A DNA stretch of 64,000 nt from Balanoglossus misakiensis (GCA_040954595.2 CM082577.2:19566303-19630302), one strand, 5' to 3'. Shown: positions 1-13,862, counted from the first letter of the stretch. Notes: generated by a model not told the origin, from the sequence alone. Translations and numbers: made by a program.

Positions 1-484
1 TTGAACATCGATCTCACGGGTGTCTGCCGCGGCCGTCTGCACAAGTATTCTGCAGACGCGCAGAAACATGGCATGACCTCTTACAAAAGTTGCTACATCT
101 TTTGTCAAGTTTTAGATATTTTGTTGCGACCGGAATGCTGAGCTGCGTTAGTTGTTGCAAATTGTGCATTACTACGTCAATGATACTATTTATAGGACGC
201 CTGTCTAAAGATAACTGGTGCGCTGAGTGAAATGGGCAACGCGTTTCACGATCCGGTGAAATGCGATCGTGACTCGCGGTTTTCCAGGAGTTTCAAGGAG
301 AAATTTTGAATTTCCAGGAGATTTCAGGAGTTTCCAGGAGGGGTTTCAAATTCCAGGAGTTTCCAGGAGCGTACGAACCCTGTGTTTACAAGACCGTCGT
401 CGGCCACGGCCGGCGAAACTTTCATAGCGTCGCCATTTTGTGCAATGAATTCTGGGTACCGAGCAAGAGTTCAAATAATAAAGC

Positions 485-862
485 AGGTCAGATAATGTCG
501 AGCGAACCAAATAATGGCCGAGGTAATGGTCGAGGTAATGTCGAGACCATGACATAAATACGAAATAACCAAATAACGGTATAATAATGACATAATAGCA
601 TAAAAATGATGAGAAAACTTCCAAATAAAGACATCGGTACTGAATAATGACATAATAACGGCCAAATAACGAAATAACGGCATAATAATGACCGAGGTAA
701 TGTCGAGCGAACCAAATAATGGCCTAGGTAATGGTCGAGGTAATGTCGAGACCATGACATAAATACCAACTAACCAAATAACGGCATAATAATGGCCAAG
801 GTAATGGCCAAATAATGACATAATAACATAATAATGATGAGAAAACTACCAAATAAAGACAT
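485..862. repeat. Degenerate short-period repeat with a duplication of about 208 bp
   Basis: Recurrent ataatg/cgaggtaatg units. 494-650 is repeated at 700-862. Confidence 0.75.
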
Positions 863-1080
863 CAGCTATTTTTGGCGGTGTTCTCACCCCATAGACCCCT
901 TCCACCCCATGCCCAGGCCATGCGCTCACTGCGTAAGCGTGTCTAAATATAGCTCGGATATATTTGCATAAATTACTGTTTTGTTCTTCTCAAGTTTGCC
1001 TGATAGAATAAAAATGAGTCTTAAAGTTTGGTTTTACTGAAACTTAGAAGGAAGTTTGTACTTAGTGTGCCATCAAAGTG

Positions 1081-1145
1081 GGAAAGGAAAGGAAAGGAAA
1101 GGAAAGGAAAGGAAAGGAAAGGAAAGGAAAGGAAAGGAAAGGAAA
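1081..1145 (+). repeat. (GGAAA)13 microsatellite
   Basis: Read directly from the sequence. Confidence 0.98.
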
Positions 1146-2295
1146 GACAAGGACACTGCCAGGAGTCTAATACATCCAAGATGGACCAGAGAGCAGTGAA
1201 TAATTCATGTATTTTGCCAGAACACCTATAGTCAGCACATGACATTATATACTTGAAAAGGGAAAATTGTTAAATCAAAACATTTCAGCTGATCCTGCTG
1301 ATATTTTTTTTCAAAATAGATTTCTCTCATAACTTCTGCTGGTGAACCGATTTTTTTTCAAAATGCATTTCTCATACCTTGCACTGGTGCGATTTGATAT
1401 AATACACAATAAATTCCATCACCAATATAGCAGTAAAACACCGGATACAAAATCTGAGATGTCTTAGGATGTTTTTGAACTAATCAGTAACCATTTTCTA
1501 AGAATGATAGATCTGAAACTGAAATTCTGAATTTGGTCATCCTGGGGAAAATACAGAATATATTTGTGGTGGGCCATTTATGTGTGTGGGACCAAATTTT
1601 AATACTAAATTTAAAGCGGTTACTAGAGCCCTTGGCAGAAGGTCACATGTAAATGACGATCTGCACTGAAAAATGTGTGAACTTGGCATGGGCAGGTAAA
1701 AAAATTGTTGGGCAGGTAAATTGTTTAGTGTACCTGCCCATTGGGCAGGTGAGCCAAAAAGTAAAGTTCGAGGCCTGTGGGGTCAATGAAAGGGCTGCTA
1801 GCGAGGTATTTGTTGCACATGGATCAAAATGAAGTCAGATTTGTGGGTGACCTTATGTGACCTTAGACCTACATGAACTTTAGCTTAGTGAGCATCCAGA
1901 GCAGATGCAGCTTTGACGTTAGGGGGGGGGGGCATATACGGATGGACCATAATGATATACCAAAGGTGGGGTCACCTGTTGCACCTGCCTAAGTCATTAA
2001 CACTAACCAACAGGGCGATAGGTGTGTTTTTTGTTCAACAGGGACGAATGTAAGTCAGTCTTCGGACTGAGCGCGATTCTCATTATCAAAACACCGAAAA
2101 GCATGCTGGGAAATTTAAACACTCATTGACCTCTGTTATGGCGGCCAAGAACCCAGCGTATGTGGAGAGATTTCAATCCAATTTTTTTCCATGTTTTGAG
2201 AGTACATGACAGATTTTGTTATCATTGTGAAAAGTATTGAAATATAGCAATAAGAGAATCAAAGAGATGAATTCAGTAGATTTGTGAAAAATAAA

Positions 2296-3335
2296 AACAA
2301 GTGACCTATCGGTCAAAAGAGCTCTGCTGACTTTAACAGTGTAACCTGGGCGATGATATGAATACCCTAGGTTTTAATTCATAACAATTGTATTCTAATT
2401 TTCTATTGAACAAAACGAAACATAGACATCACAAGTATTTATCCAAATTCAGCTTGATTCATTGCGCTAAAGAAAGAAATAATTGAATCATAAAGAACAA
2501 CATCAAAAGGAACCACCAAGGTTCTAATTTGCATATTCATGACCCCATCAAAATTCCAATTAACAAAATCAGGTAGGGGCACCATACCACACATTCCCAA
2601 TTTCAGCTCCATCGTACATGTACCGTAGTTAGGGAGAAGAAGATTTTGTTACCAAATATTCTATTTTTAGATCTAATTTGCATATTTATGACCCCATCAT
2701 ATCCAAATTAACAAAATCAGGTAGGGGCACCATAACACACATTCCTACCAAATTTCAGCTCCATCGTACATGTAGTTATGGAGAAGAAGATTTTTGACCA
2801 AACATTCTATTTTTAGATTTAATTTGCATATTCAAGACCCGAGCAAATCCAAATTAACAAAATCACTTAGGGACACCATAACACACATTCCTACCAAATT
2901 TCAGCTCCATCGTACATGTACTTTGGGAGAAAAAGATTTTTTACCAGAAATTCTTTTTTTAGATCTCATTTGCATATTTATGACCCCATCATATCCAAAT
3001 TAACAAAATCAGGAAGGGGCACCATAACACACTTTCCTACCAAATATCAGCTCCATCGTACATGTAGTTATGGAAAAGAAGATTTTTGACCAAAATTTCT
3101 ATTTTTAGATCTAATTTGCATATTCATGACCCCATCAAATCCAAATTAACAAAATCAGGTAGGGGCACCATAACACACATTCCTACCAAATTTCAGCTAA
3201 ATATGCCAAGTAGTTTTAAAGAAGAAGATTGAAATACCAAAAGTTGACGGACGACAGACGACGGACGACGGACGGACACTTATCAACCTACTGCTACAGC
3301 TCGGCTGACACAAGTGACAGCAGAAGGGTAATAAA
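2296..3335 (+). mobile_element. Helentron/DINE-1-like non-autonomous element with internal tandem repeats
   Basis: aacaag start, about 5 tandem units of 146 bp (2527-3230), a (gacg)n microsatellite at 3246-3278 and a short imperfect 3' hairpin. Confidence 0.65.
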
Positions 3336-6109
3336 AGAGTTACCTTTGACCCCTTCTATTTTAGCCTTCAGAGGCATATACCAACTTTGATTTTTTGTGC
3401 CTTTTCATCCAAAGCTTCAATGGACGAGAAAAAACGTGTTATATACTCTATTTCATTAGAACTTTGTGGGAAACTATCGTATATCATGATCAACGACTGA
3501 ATAAAGACTGTGGGACGTCTCCAATTGTTGTTGTTAAATTGGCGATTTTGTAGCAAAATACCGTGATTTTGCCGTGTCGTAGTAAAAAAAATCCAGACGC
3601 AAATGTCATGCAGAGTGTTTATTTTAATCACTCATCACCTCTTATGCTCATTTTTTCGTCCAGAAAATCTTGCCCGTAAATTCCACACTTTCTGACAGGG
3701 TCTTCCTGGCACACACTGTTTTTGGGTGAAAATGCAGTGATTTGTTTGATTTTTTGTGCCTTTTCATCCAAAGAGTGAAAACTATTCAAACTCGAATTTC
3801 TGGGGTCATAGATACTTTATTGTTATCATACGAACCTATTTTAGCTAGTGCTAAGCCTCTAAAAAAATATGCAGTCCCTTGAAGTGAAGCGTAAAACGTA
3901 GTTTGTCGATATTTTGGTTATATATGTTTGTGGGCCTTCAATCAATAATTTATCAGATACGACCGTCCGCAGTGCCCAAAATACTTACGATACATGTTGT
4001 TTTTTCGCAATCACACCGATCGAACACAGATACCTCATGTGGATGCATGCACCATGTCGTTTTTCAACGGTTTTGTGAATTTAACACCAATTTCAAGGGA
4101 AGTGCTTGCAGTCATGTATCCCACAATCAGCCAAAATAAGACTCCAACAGTGAAAAAAAAGACACATATTTACTTGCTCTGACTCCCGTAAGAAGCGCGA
4201 TTACATGCAGAATTACCCCACTGGAGCCCATGTGTGTACCCTAATCACATGGATCAGTCTCTGACACAAGGATATCAACGCCCCCTTTCATGACGTTCAA
4301 GCCTGATGACAGCATCATTGATCAATGGGTGGGTAGATATACACATAACTGACATGCCCTACATATAAGTATTCAGATATTTGTTTACAACAGACTTGGA
4401 TGTAACAAATAAACTTGGAGCAAACGCCTTGCCTTTCTTGGCGGGAGATTGACGCATGTTGTTTTACGTTACCATGGCGCCATGATATTTAGCATATCAC
4501 ATGCACTAAATGACATCCACTGGTTGGCGTATTCAAAAGGTCATAACATTTTGTGGTCATCAGTCGGCAGACTGAAAGTCATCGAGAAATTGTGGTTTCT
4601 CGTCATTCAATTGAGGTTCATTGCTCAGACAAAGTCGTCTGGGAATCGGCAGGTTTCGCAGCTTGCTGCATATGCTGAAATATTGCACCAGCACCATTTT
4701 AGCAACCACGATCTGTCAAATTTTGGTCAGTTCCATAGGCATCGCCCTGCAATTTGCAGCGTGGGGCTGGTAAATTCAAGTGTTGTTGTTTTTTCTGAGT
4801 AAATTTTTGTAAAAAATTCATATCGGTTTATGGATTTGTCACAGCGAGTAAGGAACTTAATGTAAGCTTTTTTAAAAGCTAAGCTTGCTGGATTTTTTTC
4901 GTGTTGGAGACAGTGCTGCTTGTAATTTCTGTTTCCAACCCGTAATTTTCCGAACACTCGACAGCCTTTTTGGATACTTAAGGATGTACGCGCAGAACAT
5001 AAACCGGAAACACTGCGCGCCCGGTCTTTTTCCCATAGGATTACCAGAAAACAAACATCTATTACTGTCATTTTCACGAAATTTTACACATAGCTCAGTC
5101 TAGCAAATATAAATTCATTGGTCAAATAAAATACATGTATAGGGGTCACCGCGCTCTATTTTGAGATAAATTGCGTTAAAAATGTTGCCTATAGACAAAC
5201 AATTGGTGAAAAATGCTGAGTCAGCAGATTTCTTCTATTATCGACCAAATTCATGGCTCTGTATTTCAAAATCAAGCGCGGTGACCCCTATATTTTATTA
5301 CGGATTTTCATTATACATACAAAGGAGAATAAAAAAATCCACAATTAAATAAAATGACAATACTTTCAATTTTACTGAACGTACATCTTTAAAGAGTGAT
5401 AGTGGACACGCCTACTTTGCGCGCTCAGTCCGAAGACTGAGGCAGTGTCAGTTTGTTTTTGCCCAAATGTATATAAGGTGATTTGGATGACCTCTGACGT
5501 ACCGTGCCATATCTCAGCACGTTGTACAAGTGCAGCTTTGGTATTTATTTGGAGGGATGAAACTATCATGAAATGCCAAATACAGGGGGATACCTGTGAC
5601 ACCTGCTTGATTCATGTATTATGTGCATACCTAATGGTAGGCAAAGTGAAAGGGCTACAAATGTAGGATTTGTTGCACATGACATAAACAGGAATGAAAT
5701 TTTTTTGCCAAATTTTTGGGTGACCTCAGGTGTCCATTGACCTGCTTTCCATATGTTAGCATGCACAGCATATATAACCAATCACCTTTAACACGTGCTT
5801 AGGGCTGACATTCGCTTTTTGTTGAACATAATCAAATTCGGGTTCCCATTCTTTGACCTGAAGTTGACCCTTGACCTACTTCACCTTTTCGTGCCATCCA
5901 CGCGACCGCGGCAGGTACAGCCTTGGTGTTCGACTACATGCGTAATACTTAAATGCCCAATTCAGGCATCACCTGTGACGCCCGATTAAATCTTTATGTG
6001 CATACGTCATTGTAGTCTAACTACATTCCCGCCTCACCAGACTACGGATTTCTTTCGTTTCACTATCGATATCACGTACTCTGGTTAAAATGGAGTTTGA
6101 ACGTATTGG

Positions 6110-6370
6110 TAATGCATATTCATGAGATGACATCATTATAATCTGGCCAATAAGACGGAAATGACCAGCACGACTGCTGCTACATGTACGTTTCTTTGCC
6201 GAAAGATCGTGGTTAGCAACTGGTAGCACATCGACTTTCCGCTGCTTGTTCTGGTACTCATAAATACGTCGTGCCCTTTTAATAAGTCAGATATTACATT
6301 CTTCTGGTGCAGATAGAGTGAATCGATTCCGAAGGCGTCGCAAACTGCACGTTCTTCGCTCTCACTCAGA
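6110..6370 (-). pseudogene. RecQ-like SF2 helicase fragment (likely AcademH relic)
   Basis: FGIDSLYLHQKNVISDLLKGHDVFMSTRTSSGKSMCYQ (motif I) and VVLVISVLLA (motif Ia), degraded. Confidence 0.7.
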
Positions 6371-6740
6371 CTCAGAGCACTGCCACTGGAAGCCGCCGTG
6401 TTGTTTAGAATGAGATGCGTGAATGGGATGTAACAAGCAATCTGATTGGGTGTTGGATGTACTATGAAAGCGCCTAGACCAAATACTGAATACATGGCCA
6501 TATTATACCACGGCCTTTTTGCGGGGAGCAGAGCGCTGCCGTAAAAGGGACGTGGTTTGCGACGATGTCTAACTACTACGCCTAACCGTTCCCTTTGGTT
6601 GCACTACCAACATGCAGCCTTATGCCTGCCTATTTAGGCTGACCTCGGGTGACCTTTCACCTACTTACCCATATCCCCACATCCAGAGCCATACAGCCTA
6701 GTACGCAGTTGGATGGTACAACACTGAATGCAGTCTTAGG

Positions 6741-8132
6741 ACTGTGTTTCCGCTGCCATTCGTTTTTTAGTAAATTTACTATTTTTTGAGGACTTTTACG
6801 AATTTTTTTCAACTGCAATTAGTAAATATACGATCGATGGCCGGCACGAGACTTCGATCTTATTTCCATCTCCTGTGCACATGTTTCAACATACTGTACA
6901 TATAAGGAGCTGAAAGGCCACCCAGCTTCAAAATAATTCTCTCAATCAAGACACAGTCTATATTTTTAAAACATGCTCTCTGATTGGTGCATATTCCACA
7001 CTTAGATAGATTTTGGCCAATAGTATAGACACAAACAAAGTATGCGTAAAATGACCATTAGCAAGATGGCAACCAAACGGCAATGTGCAAGGCAGACGAT
7101 GGGCTCTCCATGTCTCGTTTTGGGTTTTCAAAACTCAATCGGACTGCTAGCATGGCGGAGTAAGAAGTAGGAAAGGGTAACCGAAGAGGAGATGCAGGAA
7201 AATATTAAAGGCAAGAGGAAAATCGACAGGACTACAGTTGCTTTCAATGAAACATGGAAGGTTAGTTGTTTACATATGGCCAGTGTAGTGCCATGACACT
7301 TGCATTTCCACCGGAGTAATCTTTTAATTTGAATCTCCTGTGAACTTTTGATTGAATTATCGCCCTTTTAGTGGAATCATGACACTTTGTCGGACATCTG
7401 TATTCTTTCGTTTTTATCGGAGGTATAGAAGGGAAACCTAAACTACTAAACTGCAGCTGAGGGTAATCACATAACTGGATCAGAACGTTGATTTGTGGCG
7501 GTAGTGTATCAACTCTGTTATAATATTTGCTCCTTTTAATTTCTGGCGTGGTAGTTTTAGATGATTAAGTTCATGCTGATCACGTGTATTAAACATGTAC
7601 CTATTTTGAAATGCTAAAATCATTTTACGTTTTGTTTCAGGCAACTTTTCCATGGTTAGATTTATGGTGTCTGGAGATTGGGAAATAAAATGCCTTCACA
7701 TCAGAGTGTACCTACATCACTGAAGAAAACTAAAGAAAATGCCCAAATAAAATGCTCTTTTTGTTTTGATTTGTCAAACACTCTGGAGAAGCACTTTTCC
7801 AATGTGCAAAAGCTTTTGAAAATGGACTACTAAGTGAATGAAGCAGAGTACTAGTGTGATTGATCTCACCATTGATGAAAATAAAAGACTACCAGTACAC
7901 TATAATCAATGTGTGTGTTGTCTAAAATGCAACCTGGATTAAAATAATGTATGTTTTAATCATCATAAGTCAACGATGAATATGAGTGTTACAGGTTACA
8001 GTTGCGTTTTAAAAAGAATGGGTTTCATTGTGGAAGCTTAAGGTTTACTAATTAATTTCGAAATTTACTTAAAGTTTGAAAACCCAATTAGTAAATTTGC
8101 TAAAATATTTCAGCAGCCAGAGGAAACACAGT
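6741..8132 (+). mobile_element. hAT-like non-autonomous element with relic transposase exons
   Basis: Short TIR actgtgtttcc...ggaaacacagt. Relic spliced reading AFNETWK|ATFPWL (donor 7261, acceptor 7640) resembles the TTF zinc finger. TSD not resolved. Confidence 0.55.
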
Positions 8133-8378
8133 AGGAGTCTTATGAGTATTATCTCTTTGCTTGGGCCCCTTCAATGCTGCTTGCAGCTTTAATTAGAATT
8201 GTGTATCTGATTGGCTAATAAATGAACGTTCTATTACTTCCAGGCCAGATTCAATCTGTTGCGTTTCTTGACAATCATTTTTACAATTCACTTAAAAAAC
8301 CCAACAGTTTATGATGGAGGTGAAGATAAAATCAATTCAACTACTGACACAAATGTACATAAGTTTTACAACAGACAT

Positions 8379-8918
8379 TAGACTGTCGACAGTCCCTCGC
8401 GCCTAATGTGTTTCGATTCGGCGTTTCGTGCGAGGGCCGTAAGGCCCGTATCTTTTGAGGGCCGAAGGCTTGATTCAGCGTTTCGTGGTGCGAGGGCCAT
8501 AAGGCCTGAGGGACTGTTATAGCTTATTTCGCCCTCACATGGCATTGTGGGGAAATTCACCTGTAACGCAACTGGCTTTAGTTCGGGACATCCGTCCGAT
8601 CATCAAGTTCAAGCAAATCTGGTGAGGGGGAGCTTTAATCTTGTGTTCGGAAGCCCAGAAGCCTTTCTTGGAAAATATAGACGAATGCTCCTGTCACATG
8701 TTTACATGTCCCAAACTAAAGCCAGTTGCGTTACAGGTGAATTTCCCCACAATGCCGTGTGAGGGCGAAACAAGCTATAACAGTCCCTCGGGCCTTACGG
8801 CCCTCGCACCACGAAACGCCAAATCAGGCCTTCGGCCCTCAAACGATACGGGCTTTATGGCCCTCGCACGAAACGCCGAATCGATACACATTAGGCGCGA
8901 GGGACTGTCGACAGTCTA
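8379..8918. mobile_element. Non-autonomous AcademH-like element with a RecQ helicase fragment
   Basis: TIRs of about 205 bp (TAGACTGTCG...CGACAGTCTA) and 9-bp TSD aacagacat. The centre encodes NLVRGSFNLVFGSPEAFLGKYRRMLLSHVY. Confidence 0.8.
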
Positions 8919-9562
8919 AACAGACATGCGCATTAGCCCACTTCCGGTGTGTCAAAAAACTAACACATAACAAAATGGCGAATGGCCCTTATCTGCGTCT
9001 ATCTTCGTGATGCCTTGCTTAGTCAGGTGGGACGCAGTGTTCAGCGAAGCAAAATCTTAATCACGCCATATTGAATCATGCCAAATTACGTGAGAGTTCG
9101 AAATAATGTTACGCGTGTATGGTGCCACAAACGACAACAGTTATTCTTTATGAGCCTAAACGTTTAAAGAGCATATCTTGGCTCGAAACACACGCTTGAG
9201 AATAAATAATAATAGGCCTTGTGTGTTAAATACTGGTGTCCTTTTAATTTTTTCATATAAATAAATGTTAAATTAAAAAATGTTCAGGGCCTGAGAAAAA
9301 ACTTCTGTTTGGGCCACGCCCATATCCGTGACATCACAAGAGGAACCCATTTACGTTTGCAACAGACTTAGCACTGTACATTGCAGTGGTTGAATTGCAA
9401 TTTTGTTTCAAAATTAGTACGTACAGTGTGTTTAGGAGCCGATGAGTTGGACATAGTGCAACGTAAAACTTGTAAACAAAGAAATTAGAAAAGAAAGACG
9501 GCGACCATTCAGCCGAAGCCATTCAAAGCTACGACTGAAAAAAACGTGAAATAGTAACGGTA

Positions 9563-10178
9563 CCGTAGTTTGCCGGGTAAGAGCCCCGGGTGCTGGGCCA
9601 ACAGATTAGCGAAAAAACAGGGGGGGGCTTTAGCCCGGATATGGCCTCGAGATTTATGCAAATGAGGGATGGCCACCTCGACTTTTATGCAAATTTTTGA
9701 GTGGTTCATTCTCCGAGTCCAAGTCGGGATCTTCCAATGTTGGGTGTTTCGCGTCGAGGACGGACTGAAGCAGCTCCACGCGGCCGCTTTGGAAAGCTCC
9801 CCGGTGACCTCACACGCGGCAGCGCGTCCATCTACGTGATCGTTGAATTCGAGGCACGGTCCCGAGGGACCTGTCTGAGGTCATGTTTTCTAGAGCGGCT
9901 ATATATAACTCAGCGTGGCCAGTCGGCCGCGGTGGGTACGATAATCAGCGCGAAAGTAAATCATCAAACATTTTTTTTTTCACTTTTAGTGACTTTGGGG
10001 ATGAAAATCCGCCTTTTTTGCATTGCACTTTATTAAATTTCCAAGAATTTAATGGATATTCGGCCGGGGGGGGGGGGGGGGGGGGCTTTAGACCGGATAT
10101 GGCCTTGATCTACAAATGGGCCCTAAAACCAGGGGGGGGCGTTTGTCCGAGCAGGGGTTCTTACCCGGGCAACTACGG
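9563..10178. mobile_element. Tc1/pogo-like MITE (TA TSD), deleted copy
   Basis: TIR ccgtagtttgccgggtaaga...tcttacccgggcaactacgg flanked by TA. Confidence 0.8.
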
Positions 10179-10366
10179 TAATATTTTGAACGTTCAAGTT
10201 TTTACATCGATTGCTGACAACCTTAATTATCGAAGTTTATGGTCACTGGGTACCTGTTAGCCAGACGGAAGCGTGAATAATAATAAACAATCTCAACATG
10301 ATGTCGGCCAACACAAAATTGTGTTTACGCATCCTGCCAGTTCACCTACTACAATACCCAGGGTAA

Positions 10367-10685
10367 TCATCATCATCATCATCATCATTGAATACTGTTG
10401 ATGTAGGTCAATGACCTGTACAAAGTTCAGTAGATAGTTGAAAGTGTCAATCGAAATGTCCATGGCGATAGTTTCTAAAATATGTAATCATAGAGAAATG
10501 GGGCATTTTTCCAGTGATTGTCCAGTCTTGATTTGAAGCAGTTGATATTTGGGGCATTTACAACATCCTAAGGTAAACTATTCCACGGTTGAATGACTCT
10601 GTAAGTGAAGAAATAGCGACGAGTATCCAATACATGTACAGGTGTTTTTGGTTTTATCAGTTTGATGGAATGTCCACGAGTTGAA
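10367..10685 (-). mobile_element. CR1 LINE 3' fragment with (GAT)n tail
   Basis: RRYFFTYRVIQPWNSLP*DVVNAPNINCFKSRLDNHW. Confidence 0.75.
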
Positions 10686-11810
10686 GAGGGGGCGGCAAAA
10701 TCCAGGGGGGGGGGGGGTCACTTAAATTTTGAAGTCCACAAGGGGGGGGGGGGGGGGGGGTCATCTGTTTTTTTTAAACGTTTAGGGGGGGGGTCACATA
10801 CTTTTGCCACCGAACTTTTGCTTTTGAGTCCACAAAATTGCAGTTTCGCACCCTTTATTTTACAAAATTTCTTCATTATCCGCCATATTTCATTTTTTGC
10901 TGGTTTGTCTAGTGTACCAGGCCAGAGTGCTTGCCACCCCAACCCCACCGATGATAATATTTAACAAAGTGAATACATAAAAGAGGATAATTGTTTAAAC
11001 CATTTTGCATAACAGATAGTTTCGCGCTGCATCTTCTATATACTAGAAGTTTTATAAATGATATCATGACAAGATGACGCCAAATCTTCTAACTTTGAGT
11101 GGAGTGGCAAAAAGTAAAATTGGTCCTCCCAAACATTGAGATAATTTGCTTTTGAGTTCATTAAAATGCAACTTTGCGCTACATATTTTACAGAATTTTC
11201 TTATGTGGGAGGGGGACACCCCCTCCCACGCCCACCCCCTCCATTCTTCGCCACATTGCATTTATTCACTGGTTTGTCTAGTGTACCAGGGAAGACTTCT
11301 TGCCACCCCACCCCGATGCTTACTTTGAGTGGAGTGGCAAAATTTGCCCTCCCTAACAATGAGTTAATTTGCTTTTGAGTTCATAAAAATGCAACTTTGA
11401 GCACCGTATTTTACAAAATTTTCTTATGCGGGAGGGGGACACCCCCTCCCACGCCCACCACTTTTCTTGTTTTACCGATTCCAGCAACTATTGTATTGAC
11501 TTGTCATTTTAATTTGTTCATAGATTTCTTTATTGCAACGATATACTATTATATACTTCAATAATACTTTAAGAAATATATAATTGAGGTGTGAGGAGCC
11601 TCATTCCCTTTATTGCAAACAGTGTACATAGGATCAGGACGGTGAATGTTTTGGTCGTGGGGGGGTCATCATATTTTTGGGTCTGTCAAAGGGGGGGTCA
11701 CCATTTTTTGGTCCTGGGTGAAGGGGGGGGGGGGGTCGGCCTGATTTTGAGAACCGATGACACAAACCCCCCGTGGAGAACCCTGAAGCTAACAGAGAAT
11801 GGAACGTCTT
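10686..11810. mobile_element. G-run-rich 1.1-kb non-autonomous element, copy 1
   Basis: Collinear with 42599-43710. Shares gtgggagggggacacccc subrepeats with the Harbinger MITEs. Interrupts a CR1 fragment. Confidence 0.7.
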
Positions 11811-13702
11811 TGGCAAAGTATCGCAAAGCCTTCAGTTGACCAAAAGAAAGTTGACGAAGCATGCATGTGGAAAGTGGAGTGTTTGACAACAATGTGCATA
11901 TATACATTGATAGCTTGCTGCGCTCGCACTCAGGTCAAACCTGTTACATATTAGCTGCGCTCGGACTCAGGTCAAACCTGTTACATACTATGGTTGGTTT
12001 GGAGGACCACTTTTCTGTCGGGTTTTGGACATTCTCACCAATTGCAAAGCCCAAAGCCATACTCGTAAGTTGGTAGGGCGTAAAAGCCTACAGCCTACAG
12101 GAAAGCCTACAGCCTACAGGACCACGTGTGTATCGTACCTAGCACTGTAGCAGACGATTTAAACAGGCGACTGCTATCAAAGTAAAAAGAAATCTTGTAC
12201 ACATTGAGTGGTGCTCAAGCACTGATACTACTGTTTCAACTACAATGAAACCGTCATATTATTATCAAACATTGGTAGTTCTAAATCTGCAAAAAAATAC
12301 TCACTTGCTCTTGAAGGGCGCAGCCATTTTTCCAACTGCAATAAAACTTATGCGCATGTGCTACCGGAAGTGAACATTACATATCAGCCTCTCCAGAGGG
12401 CGCCGTATGCCATGTTCGCTGAACACTGCGTCTCACGTGACTTGGCAAAAAGACGCGTCACTTACGCGTCACGAAGATAGACGCAGATAAACAGATAGTA
12501 TGTGCGCGCGTCAGAGAGAACCTGCCTTCCTACCATGTGAGCAGAGCTGTGGTGGATCCCAGGGGACGCAGATCACATTTGCATTCGTAGTCTGCGCGTT
12601 CGCACTATTTCATGCAAAATACAGCCTCCAGTTCTTAAAATTACTACACGGATATGTTATTTCGTTGTGTCTAAAGAATTTAAAAATCATTATTTGCGGA
12701 AATTTCACAGTTAGTGCAAGAGAGAGTGACAGATAGTCACGTAGTTCCGCATTCCAACGCATGTACTCTCCTTTCGACGTTCGCACTATGCTAACGTCTT
12801 ATTTACTGTAACATACGCCGTGCAGATGTGAAATTACTTCATGAAAATCGATCTGGGTAAATATAGCCTAGATTTCAAAAATATCGTTGTGAATGTGATG
12901 CACATTAAACGTCGGAAAAACGCGCGATTTTTCTCAATTTGGGGCACCTATGGAGGCATACTGGATCGGGAAATTGACTCGAAATACTATAGTATACTGT
13001 ATAAAGTAGCATTCAGTTTACTGCGTTCTTTACACGATTTATCATGACAAGACAGTTGGTCCATCATTTCAGTGGTATACGATGTCCGAAGTGAGCGAGC
13101 GGCGGAGGGGGGGGGGGGGGGGGGTAGCATGTGGAGAACGCCCTCAATGTGAAATGTTAACGTAGTCGTTTCTGTTCATACCCCAACCAACATAATACGA
13201 TTACGATGTACGATCCTACAACAAAGATACGTAAACCACGAAATATAGCTGCTATTTGAATTTTAAGCATGACATTTTTTGAGATAGTATGTCTCTTTAA
13301 TCTACAATTAGCAAAAAGACAATTTTAATGAATTACTGTACTTTGTAATGCAAAAAAGTCTTGTACAGCTCATATTGTGGCTAAGTTTAACGACATCGAA
13401 ACACACTTTGTTAACAATCTTTAAATGGTTGATTAAAACTTTGATGTTTTATTATTTTTGGGTGCTAGCCACTTCATTGTTTTAGCGCATGTTTTAGGTT
13501 AGATTAGACATTTTTACATAAATTACTTGTGATATGGGAACGCTCCACAAGTTTTCTTTTATAATTTTGTTTTTACTCTGCTGTGATGAATTTTTAAAAA
13601 TAAGATGTTCGATTTCGATTTTATTTTGCGGGTAGATATTTTCATTGCAGTGTCATTGTATTTACTTTATGTTTTTATCTGTAAACATTTTTGAGGCTTT
13701 GG

Positions 13703-13862
13703 TATTATTATGATGATGATGATGATGATGATGATCATCATCATCATCATTATTATTACTATTATTGTTGTCGTCGTCGTTGTTGTTTTTGTATTGTTAT
13801 TATTATTACATTGCATTGCATGATTGTATTATGTTGTATTGTTGTTGTTGTTACCATCATCA
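13703..13862. repeat. Compound trinucleotide microsatellite (TAT/GAT/CAT/TGT/CGT)
   Basis: Read directly from the sequence. Confidence 0.9.

Noticed and set aside
2527-3230. Stand-alone satellite DNA or CRISPR
   Set aside because: The 146-bp units lack spacers and are the internal core of a Helentron-like element.
9701-10260. Recurrent ORFs of about 100 aa (MVHSPSPSRDLP..., also at 35342 and 57870)
   Set aside because: They lie within MITE copies, their frames are not conserved between copies, and they have no transposase motifs.
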